Assembly (NCBI GenBank): GCA_964413045.1
Contig: CAYPRE010000001.1
Location: 1-42,901 of the forward strand
Direction: 5' to 3'
DNA length: 42,901 nt
Source of the DNA: an uncultured Candidatus Bathyarchaeia archaeon
Lineage (GTDB): Archaea; Thermoproteota; Bathyarchaeia; Bathyarchaeales; Bathycorpusculaceae
In this document: in pieces, positions 17,830 through 27,376 of the stretch
Position numbering within the stretch: position 1 is the stretch's first letter
Layout: each line of letters begins with the position of its first letter
Position numbers and translations under genes: made by a program
Notes under the pieces: generated by a model
Databases searched by the model: none
What the model was told of the DNA's origin: nothing
What the model saw: only the letters and a program-made list of their open reading frames with translations

Positions 17830-18436
17830 TTCTGCCAGCTATCTGCATCGCTGAGACGATGTCTCTTAACCCTCTTCTGTGTTTTGTCTCGTTCGAATAT
17901 TGACTAGTCCCAGCCTCACTCACGCTCTCTAATACTATGCTCGAAGGTAAAGCTTCGTCCAAGACGCGTAAAAGGTTTTCTTTGTGACTTGTTACGCCAT
18001 CACCAACCTTCACCGAGACACAGGCTTCATGAATAATTCCAAGATTCTTGATCATGTTTTCAATCTTGTTCAATGTGTCTTTCACGCCACGACAATTGGC
18101 TGTTTCTAATACCTTTCCGTCAGCTATGACTGCAATTCCAAATATGTCACCCGGATCAACACCTACGATGACTCTCTCAAAGAATTCCTTTCCTGAGGCA
18201 ATCTTGGACGCTTCATTGATCAGCAGTTCTAAAGGAAGATCTTCCTTGCAGACTAGAATTCTTTTATGGTTTACCAAACGCTTCTCTTCTTCTGTGGTTA
18301 TCACAACTTCTATCCCGATTGGTACGACTTCGTTGGGAGTCAGACTCAGAAAGGGCATGTTCTTCCTTTTTAACTCGTCGATCAGGAGGTAGTAGGCTTT
18401 TCCATGCACTGTTGCTATGGCTATTCTTGCTTTCAT
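17783..18436 (-). CDS. RNase H-fold (RuvC/YqgF-like) putative nuclease, archaeal conserved hypothetical
   Basis: 217 aa. The central segment RVIVGVDPGDIFGIAVIADGKVLE...VKVGDG resembles the first beta-strands and acidic residue of RuvC/YqgF-type RNase H folds. The family assignment (COG2433/DUF460-like) comes from memory of that pattern only. Confidence 0.4.
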   Translation of the reverse strand: MKARIAIATVHGKAYYLLIDELKRKNMPFLSLTPNEVVPIGIEVVITTEEEKRLVNHKRILVCKEDLPLELLINEASKIASGKEFFERVIVGVDPGDIFGIAVIADGKVLETANCRGVKDTLNKIENMIKNLGIIHEACVSVKVGDGVTSHKENLLRVLDEALPSSIVLESVSEAGTSQYSNETKHRRGLRDIVSAMQIAGRSGQKFQRRKTSEPNS

Positions 18437-18475
18437 ACGGTCGTCCTGTGCAGGTAGAACACTGAAACGCAGAAC

Positions 18476-18489
18476 AAATTAATAATTTT
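18476..18489 (+). promoter_or_regulatory. A/T-rich TATA-like box in the divergent radB / RNase H-fold gene intergenic region
   Basis: AAATTAATAATTTT is centred about 25 nt upstream of ATG 18507. Confidence 0.3.
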
Positions 18490-18506
18490 GAGGCTTATAT
18501 CTGTTG

Positions 18507-19214
18507 ATGTGTATTAAAATGGCAAAGAGCATTCCAACGGGCTGCAGAACTGTCGATGATTACCTAAGAGGGGGCATCTACTCTGGAAGCCTCACCCTCA
18601 TATACGGCGAACCTGAGGCTGGGAAGACTACATTTGCGATCCAATGCGCTGCAAATTGTTCAAGGCAAGGCCACAAAACATTGTTTGCGGATTGCGACGG
18701 GACGTTCTCCGTTCGAAGGCTCGCCCAGATTGCTTCCAACAAGTTCGAAGAAATAGCAGAACTCATAGTATTGATCAAGCCAGAAAACTTTCAGGGACAG
18801 ACGATGCTCACAGATCAATTGACTGATTATGTCACAAAGAATGTTGGACTGGTGGTGTTTGACACGTTCACCTCTCTGTACCGTCTTGAAATCGCAGAGA
18901 CTCCATCCAAGACCTTCGAGCTGAATCGTGAACTGAACAGACAACTGGCTGTATTAGCGCAGACAGCTAGAACTCAAAAGGTTGCAGTCTTGATAACGAG
19001 TCAGGTTCACAGCGTCCTGAATGAAACACCAGTAAGTGTAGAACCCGTTGCCACGCGAGTGCAAAAATTCTGGGCAGACACTGTCATGGCCCTCAAACCG
19101 AAGAACTCAAATAGTGTTGGATTGGACTTGACAAAGAACCTGTTCAAGCTTCCGCCCAAAAGTTTTAGCCTCAGACTAGGAGAAAGGGGGATCTATGACT
19201 CTTCAACTCGCTAG
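18507..19214 (+). CDS. radB: RadB-type RecA-superfamily ATPase
   Basis: TGCRTVDDYLRGGIYSGSLTLIYGEPEAGKTTFAIQCA (Walker A) and VVFDTFTSLY (Walker B). At about 235 aa it has the short RadB-like length with no N-terminal HhH domain. The start is ATG 18507 or 18519. Confidence 0.7.
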   Translation: MCIKMAKSIPTGCRTVDDYLRGGIYSGSLTLIYGEPEAGKTTFAIQCAANCSRQGHKTLFADCDGTFSVRRLAQIASNKFEEIAELIVLIKPENFQGQTMLTDQLTDYVTKNVGLVVFDTFTSLYRLEIAETPSKTFELNRELNRQLAVLAQTARTQKVAVLITSQVHSVLNETPVSVEPVATRVQKFWADTVMALKPKNSNSVGLDLTKNLFKLPPKSFSLRLGERGIYDSSTR

Positions 19215-19728
19215 TGCTACAATAGGAATAGAGATAGTAAGGCTGACCGCTGAAGCATTAAAGTTCATTTTCCCTGCATATTGTGCCAATGCCATACCCG
19301 TGTTGACGGGCGGTGGCCTTCCATTGGATTTCGGGAAGAACTTTAGCGATGGTAAGCCGATCTTTGGAAAGAACAAGACATTTCGAGGCTTATTTGCAGG
19401 CTTAATTGTGGGAACGCTTGTCGGACTCGTGGAGAGTATCTTGTTCAGTTATCCTGTCCTTTTTGGTCTGGGGTCGGCTTTAGGTGCATTACTTGGCGAT
19501 TTGATTGGCGCCTTTATCAAAAGAAGACTAAACATTCCTCCGGGAGGCTTGCTTCCGGTCTTCGACCAACTCGACTTCGCAGTCGGCGCCATCGCGTTTT
19601 CCATGATGCTGTTCGCAAACATGTTGTCGTTGGAACTTGCCGTCATGGTCCTCATTATTACTGCACCAATTCACTTGTTGACGAATTACGCAGCCTACAG
19701 ATTAGGCTACAAGAAGAATCCTTGGTAA
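19195..19728 (+). CDS. carS: CDP-archaeol synthase (CDP-2,3-bis-O-geranylgeranyl-sn-glycerol synthase)
   Basis: 177-aa polytopic membrane protein with FPAYCANAIPVL...DGKPIFGKNKTFRGLFAG, typical of the CarS (DUF46) family. It overlaps the radB 3' end by 20 nt. Confidence 0.8.
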   Translation: MTLQLASATIGIEIVRLTAEALKFIFPAYCANAIPVLTGGGLPLDFGKNFSDGKPIFGKNKTFRGLFAGLIVGTLVGLVESILFSYPVLFGLGSALGALLGDLIGAFIKRRLNIPPGGLLPVFDQLDFAVGAIAFSMMLFANMLSLELAVMVLIITAPIHLLTNYAAYRLGYKKNPW

Positions 19729-19731
19729 ACT

Positions 19732-20166
19732 TCAGCGCCCAAGTTTTATGCGTATGCTCTCTTCTAAGAATATATATGCTATCAGCAAAAGCACAATGCC
19801 CATCATCAGCATCATGTAAGCTTGTCTTGGCTTGTACACATACTTAGTGCTCTGGTATATCATGATCAAGCCTATCGCTCCAAACGCGTACAACGTCATA
19901 GCAACAATGCTATCGCTGATGAATTGATCTGAAAGTTGCGGATAGAGAAAGAGGAACTGCCCTTGATAGTAGACTGCTGGCAACGGCTTTACTATCAAGT
20001 CATACAATCCACCGCCAAAAAGAAAAATGCCAACCGCAACAACGAGAGCTGAAACTACGAAACTTGAGGGTCTAACAGTTGTGATCGCACGATAGAGTCT
20101 ACTCATTGAAAAAGACAAGGATGAAACACCTTTCTTAATTGATTTTGACATCGGCTTTTTCTCCAT
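19732..20166 (-). CDS. Membrane protein of unknown function (3-4 predicted TM helices)
   Basis: 144-aa ORF with long hydrophobic stretches (FVVSALVVAVGIFLFGGGL, IVAMTLYAFGAIGLIMI, MMLMMGIVLLLIAYIFL). It overlaps the upstream 77-aa ORF. Confidence 0.5.
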   Translation of the reverse strand: MEKKPMSKSIKKGVSSLSFSMSRLYRAITTVRPSSFVVSALVVAVGIFLFGGGLYDLIVKPLPAVYYQGQFLFLYPQLSDQFISDSIVAMTLYAFGAIGLIMIYQSTKYVYKPRQAYMMLMMGIVLLLIAYIFLEESIRIKLGR

Positions 20167-20368
20167 TTCTTGCCAAACATTCTACTACTTCTTTGGCCCA
20201 TATTCCGGTTACTGAATTCTTCGCAATCTCGCTTAAATACTCTTTCCATGAGAGCCCGAGGGCTTCATTCCAAGCACGGTAGTTCTTAACGACATTTTCA
20301 TATGCTCTTCTATGGAATTTGCAGTAGTCAGCCTCAGAAGCTTGTCTGCCGCATATTCTACACTGCAC
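20135..20368 (-). CDS. 77-aa protein with N-terminal CxxC...CxxH zinc-knuckle-like motif, unknown function
   Basis: MQCRICGRQASEADYCKFHRR.... The GTG start at 20368 overlaps the topA stop by 11 nt, and the 3' end overlaps the next ORF, which suggests an operon. Confidence 0.45.
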   Translation of the reverse strand: MQCRICGRQASEADYCKFHRRAYENVVKNYRAWNEALGLSWKEYLSEIAKNSVTGIWAKEVVECLARNGEKADVKIN

Positions 20369-22442
20369 TCTTTTTTTTCCTCCTCTGCCTGGAAGAACAT
20401 CCAGGGTTGAGACACAATGCCCAAGGTCGTCGATGTCTGAGCAATATTTGAATTGTCGGCCACTCGCAATTAGGGCAAGTTTTGTTTCGCACCTTCACTT
20501 TGCCTGACTGTGGAAGCGGAAAAGACGTTTTACACCGTCCCTTAAAGTAGTTACTGCATCCGACGAATCGTTTGCCAGTCTTCCTAGAATGCAGAATCAA
20601 GAGTTTTCCTGTCTTGCAGACTGGGCAGGAGCCGACTGTTCTTGCTTCAAGGTCTACGTTTGCTTCTGCCTTGCTGAGTTGTTCTCCAAGATCTACCTCG
20701 TTTTCCTTCAGCTTCTTTAAAGCGAGTCTGAGAATATTGACTGCATCGAACAGAACATTCTCTCTTGTTTCGGCATTTGTCTGGATTCGATCCATTCTTT
20801 CTTCAAGATCTCTGGTCAGTTGCGACGAAACGATCAGGGAACAGTATTTTCTTAGGATCTCGACAACTTCGAAGCCCAGATCAGTCATCTCAATTCTCTC
20901 GTTCGTGGTATATCTCCTATCATAGAGTATTTGCACAATGTCTGCACGCGTTGCTTTTGTTCCTATTTTGGCTTTTTCCATCTTTCTAATAATGCTGCTT
21001 GAATTGTAGCGGGCAGGGGGTTGGGTAAATCTTTCCAACAGAATTAATGTCTTCACTTTGACTCGGGTTCCCTCTTTCATCTTAGGAAGCGTTATCGCTC
21101 TTGCCCGAACGTAAGGTCCATAGAGATCTTGCCATCCAGACTTCAATCTTCTTCTTCCTTCAGCGTTGAAACGGAAGCCCTCAACGTTAACGTAGACTTT
21201 CAAGGTCTCAATAATTGCGAGCGCACCAAAAGCTGCCATGAATCGTCGTATCACTAGATCCCAAATCCTTCTTTCTGCAAGTGTTAATGCGCGTTCTGGA
21301 AGGATACCTGTCGGGTAGATTGCTGGGTGAGCAGCATCTTCTTTTAGTCCTTCCTTTGGTTTCAGATTAGTCATTGTCAGAAGCTGCAAGGTTAGATCCT
21401 TGTATTCGCGAAGTCTGCCTAAACCATCGAGTATTGTCCTGTAGTCTATCGTTGGCGGGAGCTTCTGGCTGCTCGTTCTCGGATAAGAGATCAATGCGTC
21501 GAGGTACAGACGTTGGGCCAAGTTTGATGTCTGTCTTGGCGCGTATCCAAAAAGTCGATATGCTTCGCCCTGCAATCCACCCAAGTCGAAGGGAGGAGGA
21601 GGTGGCTTTGAAACTTGCTCGTTGACTATTCTTTCAACCTGTCCGACGCTGCCGCCGCAAGCTCCCATCAACAGCTCTGCATCTTTCTTAGTCTTTATGA
21701 TGTTTTCATACCGCGCTTCAAAAACTCGCCTGTTGATTTCAAGGCGGGCATTGACTTCCCAGTACGGTGTCGGAACGAAACTTCTGATCGAAGCTTCTCT
21801 TGCCGCCAAAAAACCCAAAACTGGACCTTGCACCCTCCCTGTGCTCAGAACCCTGTATTTCCCGCTCCAGTTCCTCCTAGAAACTGTTAAAGCCCTGGAC
21901 AGGTTCACACCGTACAGCCAGTCGACTTCATGCCTCGTCTTTCCAGCTTCAATCAAAGCGAAATCAAGATGAGGCAATAGCTTACCGTATGATTCCTCAA
22001 GTTCATTTCCGGTCAGCGTGGAATACTTCATCCGTCTTGCTACTCTGTCTTTGTTGTTGCATGCATGTTTCAGGATTGAGTATCCGATGATACTTCCTTC
22101 AATGTCGTAGTCACACGCATCAATGAAAAGATCCGCGTCCCGCGCAAGGTTAGTAATAGTAGCGAGCCAAACGCGGAGCAGACGTGCCTTCTTTTCAGTT
22201 TCGTATCTAGGAACCCATCTGAAAGCCAAGGCTGGATAGAAATCTCTTCCCCTCTCTTCCGCCACAATAGTGTACAGATGCCCGAGTGCAGGAACAATGA
22301 CTATCTTTCGGTCGCGTTCAGCCACATAGTAAGGCACGCCGTTGTCTTCTCCCACCTTTGGTCTGTGTTGAACGTCAAGAGCTGTCGCTATTCGTCGTGC
22401 AGCATCCGGCTTTTCTGTGATGATTAATACATGTTTTTGCAT
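20358..22442 (-). CDS. topA: Type IA DNA topoisomerase (archaeal topoisomerase I/III)
   Basis: Toprim N-terminus (VLIITEKPDAARRIA, DYDIEGS), the active-site region ISYPRTSSQKLP, and C-terminal zinc ribbons (CPVCKTGKL...GCSNY...CPNCEWP). ATG 22442 is preferred over the track's TTG 22448. Confidence 0.9.
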   Translation of the reverse strand: MQKHVLIITEKPDAARRIATALDVQHRPKVGEDNGVPYYVAERDRKIVIVPALGHLYTIVAEERGRDFYPALAFRWVPRYETEKKARLLRVWLATITNLARDADLFIDACDYDIEGSIIGYSILKHACNNKDRVARRMKYSTLTGNELEESYGKLLPHLDFALIEAGKTRHEVDWLYGVNLSRALTVSRRNWSGKYRVLSTGRVQGPVLGFLAAREASIRSFVPTPYWEVNARLEINRRVFEARYENIIKTKKDAELLMGACGGSVGQVERIVNEQVSKPPPPPFDLGGLQGEAYRLFGYAPRQTSNLAQRLYLDALISYPRTSSQKLPPTIDYRTILDGLGRLREYKDLTLQLLTMTNLKPKEGLKEDAAHPAIYPTGILPERALTLAERRIWDLVIRRFMAAFGALAIIETLKVYVNVEGFRFNAEGRRRLKSGWQDLYGPYVRARAITLPKMKEGTRVKVKTLILLERFTQPPARYNSSSIIRKMEKAKIGTKATRADIVQILYDRRYTTNERIEMTDLGFEVVEILRKYCSLIVSSQLTRDLEERMDRIQTNAETRENVLFDAVNILRLALKKLKENEVDLGEQLSKAEANVDLEARTVGSCPVCKTGKLLILHSRKTGKRFVGCSNYFKGRCKTSFPLPQSGKVKVRNKTCPNCEWPTIQILLRHRRPWALCLNPGCSSRQRRKKKSAV

Positions 22443-22680
22443 GAACAAGCAGAGGTACGGCCTGTTTCTATTTGAGTCTTATCAATAACACGCGTTCTTT
22501 GTCGCCACTGATGTCGTCCAAGCAGACTCGCAGCGTGAAGGTGGAAACATTTGCTTTCTGCCCATCCTACTTCTAGCCAGTGCTCGAGACTCTCTGCCCG
22601 GAGAGAAAGCCAGAAGTAAGCTACACACCAAAGATACTTTTAGTAATCGATAAATAGGTCATGGGCGCTTATTTGATTCA

Positions 22681-22866
22681 TTGGCAGATTTGGTGCAGTT
22701 TATGCCTCAGCATGTCGCTTGTCAGGGATGCGGTCATTTGTTGTATGATGGTCCAGAGCTCAAACCTCCTGACGAGATTATTCATGAGCATGACGGCAAA
22801 TGTCCTAAGTGTGGAAAGAAACTCGCTTTCATACCCATTGATGTTAACGTAAAGCCGGCAAGATGA
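22681..22866 (+). CDS. Small zinc-ribbon protein (54-61 aa), unknown function
   Basis: CQGCG-x24-CPKCGKKL forms two CxxC knuckles. The start is TTG 22681 or ATG 22702. An RpoP-like architecture cannot be excluded, but the inter-knuckle spacer is much longer and acidic. Confidence 0.4.
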   Translation: MADLVQFMPQHVACQGCGHLLYDGPELKPPDEIIHEHDGKCPKCGKKLAFIPIDVNVKPAR

Positions 22867-22887
22867 GTCGCCGCCGAGGAAAGAGAC

Positions 22888-24030
22888 TTGATCCAAGAAA
22901 GCCGCCACATCCAACTCTACGAACTACACCGCAGAATCGCGAAGATGACGATATTCGCCGGATTCGAGATGCCTTTGTATTATGAGGACATAGCCCCGGA
23001 GCATTTGGCAGTGCGGGACAGTGTAGGCATTTTTGACATAAGCCATATGGGAAGGGTGACAGTTGCTGGAGTTGATGCAGGGCGATTCCTGAACTATATC
23101 ATAACCAACGATGTTACTAGCTTGCAGCCTGAGGCGGCACAGTACTCAGTCATGTGCAATGAAAAAGGCGGCATCCTAGATGATTTCGTTGTTTACAAAC
23201 TTGGAGAAGACAGGTTTCTGGTGGTTTTCAACGCAGGCAACCGCAATAAAGACAGGGACTGGTTAGTAGCGCACTCAACCAACTATAGTGTCACCATCCA
23301 AGAAATCTCGGACAATGTTGCAATGTTTGCGGTTCAAGGCCCGAACGCCGCGAAAGCGTTGCAGCAGATTTCTGCAAAAGACCTAGGTTCAATTGGCAGG
23401 TTCAAGTGTGGTGAGACATCGTTGGCAGGCATTGAGGTCTTTGTTGCACGCACAGGCTACACAGGAGAAGACGGTTTTGAAATATTCGTGTGGGATGCTT
23501 CTGTGGCAAAGCCGTCCAAGGCGGTGAGACTATGGAATGCCATCCTCGAAGCAGGCAAGGGATTCGGCATGAAACCATGTGGCCTAGGAGCAAGAGACAC
23601 ACTCAGACTAGAGGCAGGACTCTGCCTGTACGGCAACGACATAGACGAACAGAGAACCCCATTGGAAGCGGGGCTAGGATTTGTTGTGAAATTTCAGAAA
23701 GAAGGATTCATGGGAAAAGAAGCATTAGCAAAACAAAAAACTGAGGGCACTAGGACTAAACGCGTTGGAATTTTGATGCAAGACCATGGAATACCTCGAC
23801 CCGGATTTAATATTTGCGCACAAAACGGCGAAAAAATCGGGCAGTTAACAAGCGGAACATTTTCACCTCTGTTGAAGTGTGGGATCGGCATGGGCTACGT
23901 TCAAACGTTGCAGTCTCAAGAGGGAAACGCAGTGAAGGTCAAAATACGTGACAAGATGGCAAACGGACAGATAGTGGCTTTCCCATTCTACAACGTAGAA
24001 GAATATGGCTATAAACGAAAAGTATTATGA
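22888..24030 (+). CDS. gcvT: Glycine cleavage system T protein (aminomethyltransferase)
   Basis: LYELHRRIAKMTIFAGFEMPLYY...VGIFDISHMGR...ARDTLRLEAG. TTG 22888 (GAGGA 7 nt upstream) is the only start that retains the conserved N-terminus. An in-frame TGA sits at 22864. Confidence 0.9.
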   Translation: MIQESRHIQLYELHRRIAKMTIFAGFEMPLYYEDIAPEHLAVRDSVGIFDISHMGRVTVAGVDAGRFLNYIITNDVTSLQPEAAQYSVMCNEKGGILDDFVVYKLGEDRFLVVFNAGNRNKDRDWLVAHSTNYSVTIQEISDNVAMFAVQGPNAAKALQQISAKDLGSIGRFKCGETSLAGIEVFVARTGYTGEDGFEIFVWDASVAKPSKAVRLWNAILEAGKGFGMKPCGLGARDTLRLEAGLCLYGNDIDEQRTPLEAGLGFVVKFQKEGFMGKEALAKQKTEGTRTKRVGILMQDHGIPRPGFNICAQNGEKIGQLTSGTFSPLLKCGIGMGYVQTLQSQEGNAVKVKIRDKMANGQIVAFPFYNVEEYGYKRKVL

Positions 24031-24175
24031 GCTGAACTGAATATTCCTCACACTGAACTCCCTTTGGGAAAGATATATAACCGCGTCTCATGTCACGTAC
24101 AGCATCTTAATCAATCAACTAACCGCAAGGGAAATAAAATACCTCATTAGACTCTGTACAAGAGATGAAACCTGA

Positions 24176-26407
24176 ATGACTCTGCCCAGCTCGTTATCAA
24201 AGGAAAAAGTGATGAATGGCCTCAAAAATGTTGGGAAGTTGCGGGTCAAGACGAATCACAGTTCTCTAATGGTTTTCTCAGCACTTGTCCTGATTATCCT
24301 CGTCGCATTTGTAATACGTATACTTCCGATACGCTGGGAAATAGAGACGGGCAGACTGCATCTTTCAGAGTTTGACCCATACTATCAGTACAGCCTCACA
24401 AATTACATGGTCAATAACGGTTTACTTGCGCCATATTATCCAACGCAGTGGGTCGACCACCAACGGTGGTACCCAGATGGTATCAACATGGGGTCATCCT
24501 TGTCCTCTTTACCAATGACAACGGCAATCGTGTACGATATCATCTCAGCTCTTGGGATAAACATTGATCTGATGAGTTTTTGCTCGCTTATGCCAGTATT
24601 CTACGGAGTACTGTCTGTACTCGTAATGTACTTTCTCGGCAAAGAGATAGGAGGAAAAGCGATTGGACTTCTCGCGGCGCTGTTCCTAGCTTTGAATCCG
24701 GCTGTCATTCAGAGGAATTCTCTGGGGTTTTTCGATACTGAAGTCATAGGAGTATTTTCGTTGCTACTGTTCAGCCTTTTGTTCCTGAAAGCTACTGAGG
24801 AGGACAGGGCGCTTGGTTCATCTCTGAAATATTCGCTTGGAGCCGCAGCTGCACTTGCATACTTCATCATGGGGTGGGGCGGAGCGTACTATTTGTTAGA
24901 CTTGACGGTACTCTTCGTTTTTGTCTTGGTCTTGCTGAAAAGGTACACGCGACGTCTGTTTCTGACCTACAATTTGACGTTTGGACTAGCAATACTAGTC
25001 TCTATGTTGAACCCTGACATCTCCACAGATTATGTAATTAGTTATGCGGTTCTGCCTGTTGCAGGAGTGTTCGTTGTACTCTGCTTGAGTGAAGTGGTCC
25101 GCAACTTGACCTCAGCAAGGGCGAAAGTTCTCTTTGCTATTGGTATTCTGACTGCCTTAGTAGGCAGCTTCTTCGGACTTTGGATCACAGGCCACATCGG
25201 AAGCATTGCTGGCAAATTCCAGACAGTCCTTGACCCTTTTATCAGAGCGAGCAATCCCCTCGTGGATTCAGTGGCAGAACACAAGATATCTGCATGGGGT
25301 TCAGTCTACTTTGACCTCGGCATCGCAATACTATTCTCGATAGTAGGTCTGTTCTTCGTTGCGAGAAACCTTACAACGAAGAACTTGTACCTTCTGCTTT
25401 TTGGAATTACCTCACTTTACTTTGCTGGGTCAATGGTCCGGTTGCTCGTAATCTTTGGCCTTGCCTTCAGTCTTCTCGCAGCAGTTGGTGTGATAGGCTT
25501 GCTTAAACCCTTCATGACGCTATTAAGAGAGCCACCGAAAATCATGACAAAGAGAAAGTTTGGACTTGAACGTGTCGGGAAAGAGTTCAGTGGAGCAGCA
25601 GTTTTCTTGATCTTCCTGATACTAATGACTAACCTTGCGTTCTCACCACAGTCCAATGGCGTCCCGAGCGTTTACAGGCAAACGTACTCTCCGGTCACAA
25701 TATCGGCTGGAAGTCTTCCGATAGTCCCGAATCAGCAGGTCAGTGAATGGTTGGACATGCTGAAATACTTGAATGACTTTCAGGATTCAACGATCGTCGT
25801 TGCCAGCTGGTGGGACTATGGCTACTGGCTTTCTTTGATGGGTAATGTCACATCGCTTTGTGACAATGCCACCATCAACCAAACTTCAATTGAAAATGTG
25901 GGTTATGCCTTCATGACGAACGAGACTCAGGCAGTGAAAATGCTGAAACTGTACAACGCGAAATACATACTTGTTTTCACGGTAGTGGCCCTAAGTCAGG
26001 ACACATCAGGCAACACACAGGGAGTTGCCGCGGGTTATGGTGATGAGGGAAAATGGACTTGGATGGCTCGAATTTCCGGTGCAAACCAAGATCAGAAGGT
26101 CCAGTGGCCTGACTGGGACTGGACCAACGAAAGCGCGTTCGGACAGGTCAGCAACACCACAAACCAATGGGAGTGGAGCCTCAGAGGTTTAAACTCAACG
26201 ATCTACAAGCTCATGAGCTGGGGTAGATATCAGTGGTGCACTACGTATGGTATCACTGATCCGGAAGCAGCTAATGTCACCCAGCCAGTGCTCTTCAAGA
26301 AAGAATACTTTGCAGGATTGAACCTTACTCCGCAACAAGCGAGTCAGCTTTACGGTGGCCTGATTCCATTGGTTCTCCTCTACAAGATAGACTACTCAGG
26401 CTCGTGA
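24176..26407 (+). CDS. aglB: Archaeal oligosaccharyltransferase AglB (STT3 family)
   Basis: 743 aa. A polytopic N-terminal domain is followed by the diagnostic WWDYGYW motif and a soluble C-terminal domain. Confidence 0.9.
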   Translation: MTLPSSLSKEKVMNGLKNVGKLRVKTNHSSLMVFSALVLIILVAFVIRILPIRWEIETGRLHLSEFDPYYQYSLTNYMVNNGLLAPYYPTQWVDHQRWYPDGINMGSSLSSLPMTTAIVYDIISALGINIDLMSFCSLMPVFYGVLSVLVMYFLGKEIGGKAIGLLAALFLALNPAVIQRNSLGFFDTEVIGVFSLLLFSLLFLKATEEDRALGSSLKYSLGAAAALAYFIMGWGGAYYLLDLTVLFVFVLVLLKRYTRRLFLTYNLTFGLAILVSMLNPDISTDYVISYAVLPVAGVFVVLCLSEVVRNLTSARAKVLFAIGILTALVGSFFGLWITGHIGSIAGKFQTVLDPFIRASNPLVDSVAEHKISAWGSVYFDLGIAILFSIVGLFFVARNLTTKNLYLLLFGITSLYFAGSMVRLLVIFGLAFSLLAAVGVIGLLKPFMTLLREPPKIMTKRKFGLERVGKEFSGAAVFLIFLILMTNLAFSPQSNGVPSVYRQTYSPVTISAGSLPIVPNQQVSEWLDMLKYLNDFQDSTIVVASWWDYGYWLSLMGNVTSLCDNATINQTSIENVGYAFMTNETQAVKMLKLYNAKYILVFTVVALSQDTSGNTQGVAAGYGDEGKWTWMARISGANQDQKVQWPDWDWTNESAFGQVSNTTNQWEWSLRGLNSTIYKLMSWGRYQWCTTYGITDPEAANVTQPVLFKKEYFAGLNLTPQQASQLYGGLIPLVLLYKIDYSGS

Positions 26408-27306
26408 AGGAAGTAAGCTTGTTCCCCAAAGTTCCTGACCAGCACAAGCCAAGCAAACCCCTAGTTCCAAACGGGTTGGGCACGATCTACGTGTTGGTCA
26501 GTGTTGTCTACCTTTTTTGTATATACTTCTTTGATATTGTCAAAGGGTCAAACGGAGCTGCGTCGTCTCTGGTGGTTTCTAGGCCTTTGACGTTGGCAGC
26601 GAGCATACTTTTCGGCGGATTTCTCGGTCTGCTGGATGATTGGATTGACCTAAAATGGCGTTTCAAAGCATTCCTACCTTTGATAGCAGCCATACCGCTC
26701 ATCTCTTTCGTCTACGGATGGGGAGGAGCGAGAACTTCAATAGCACTCCCTCTAATAGGGGTCGTAGATTTTGGAATTTCCTACTACTACGTCATGATAC
26801 CAGTGATTGTTACGATAATCACCAACACCGTGAACCAGCTTGGTGGCCTGAACGGTTTAGAAACAATATGCCCGGCCATAATCATGGTCGGTCTGATGGT
26901 CGTGTCAGGACCTTATGCAATTTTGTTGATGTGCCCACTAATCGTGTGGCTGATTCTCGGCTTCTTCAACGTTAGGGGAAAGATCTTTGTTGGGAACTCG
27001 GGCTCTTTCGCCATAGGCATAACCTTGGCGGCTTTCGCAATCATCTCAGACTTGAAGTTTGACCTAGTGATCTCGATTCTTCCGTACGTGCTTAATTCCT
27101 CATTGATCCTGCTGACATTCTTTCTTTATAGGAAAAAGGCAAACGTCACGTTCGACGGAAAAAGACTTGTCTCGGATCACAGACGGAGTCTGGTCACTTT
27201 CGTAACGTATCATCGCCCGCTGACAGAACACCAAGTCGTTCTTGCAATCTCGCTTTTTGTGGCAGCTTCCACGGCGGCAGGCCTGATACTCTTCCAATTT
27301 CTCTGA
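26404..27306 (+). CDS. aglH: Glycosyltransferase family 4 polyprenyl-phosphate HexNAc-1-phosphate transferase (AglH/GPT/WecA-like)
   Basis: 300-aa membrane protein with LGLLDDWIDL, NTVNQLGGLNGLE and GNSGSFAIG motifs. The GTG start overlaps the aglB stop (GTGA). Confidence 0.75.
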   Translation: MKEVSLFPKVPDQHKPSKPLVPNGLGTIYVLVSVVYLFCIYFFDIVKGSNGAASSLVVSRPLTLAASILFGGFLGLLDDWIDLKWRFKAFLPLIAAIPLISFVYGWGGARTSIALPLIGVVDFGISYYYVMIPVIVTIITNTVNQLGGLNGLETICPAIIMVGLMVVSGPYAILLMCPLIVWLILGFFNVRGKIFVGNSGSFAIGITLAAFAIISDLKFDLVISILPYVLNSSLILLTFFLYRKKANVTFDGKRLVSDHRRSLVTFVTYHRPLTEHQVVLAISLFVAASTAAGLILFQFL

Positions 27307-27376
27307 TTGGTGGGCCTTATGGGTCACCGAGTGAGCAATGTTTAAGAAGGATAGTACGATTTGTTCAGATTGTCTA

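Noticed and set aside
22449-22680. 238-nt gap between topA and the zinc-ribbon gene, inspected for an ncRNA, tRNA or C/D sRNA
   Set aside because: It contains only weak 5-bp hairpins such as CTCTC-TGCCCG-GAGAG. No box motifs or tRNA-like stems are present, so it is most simply a divergent promoter region.
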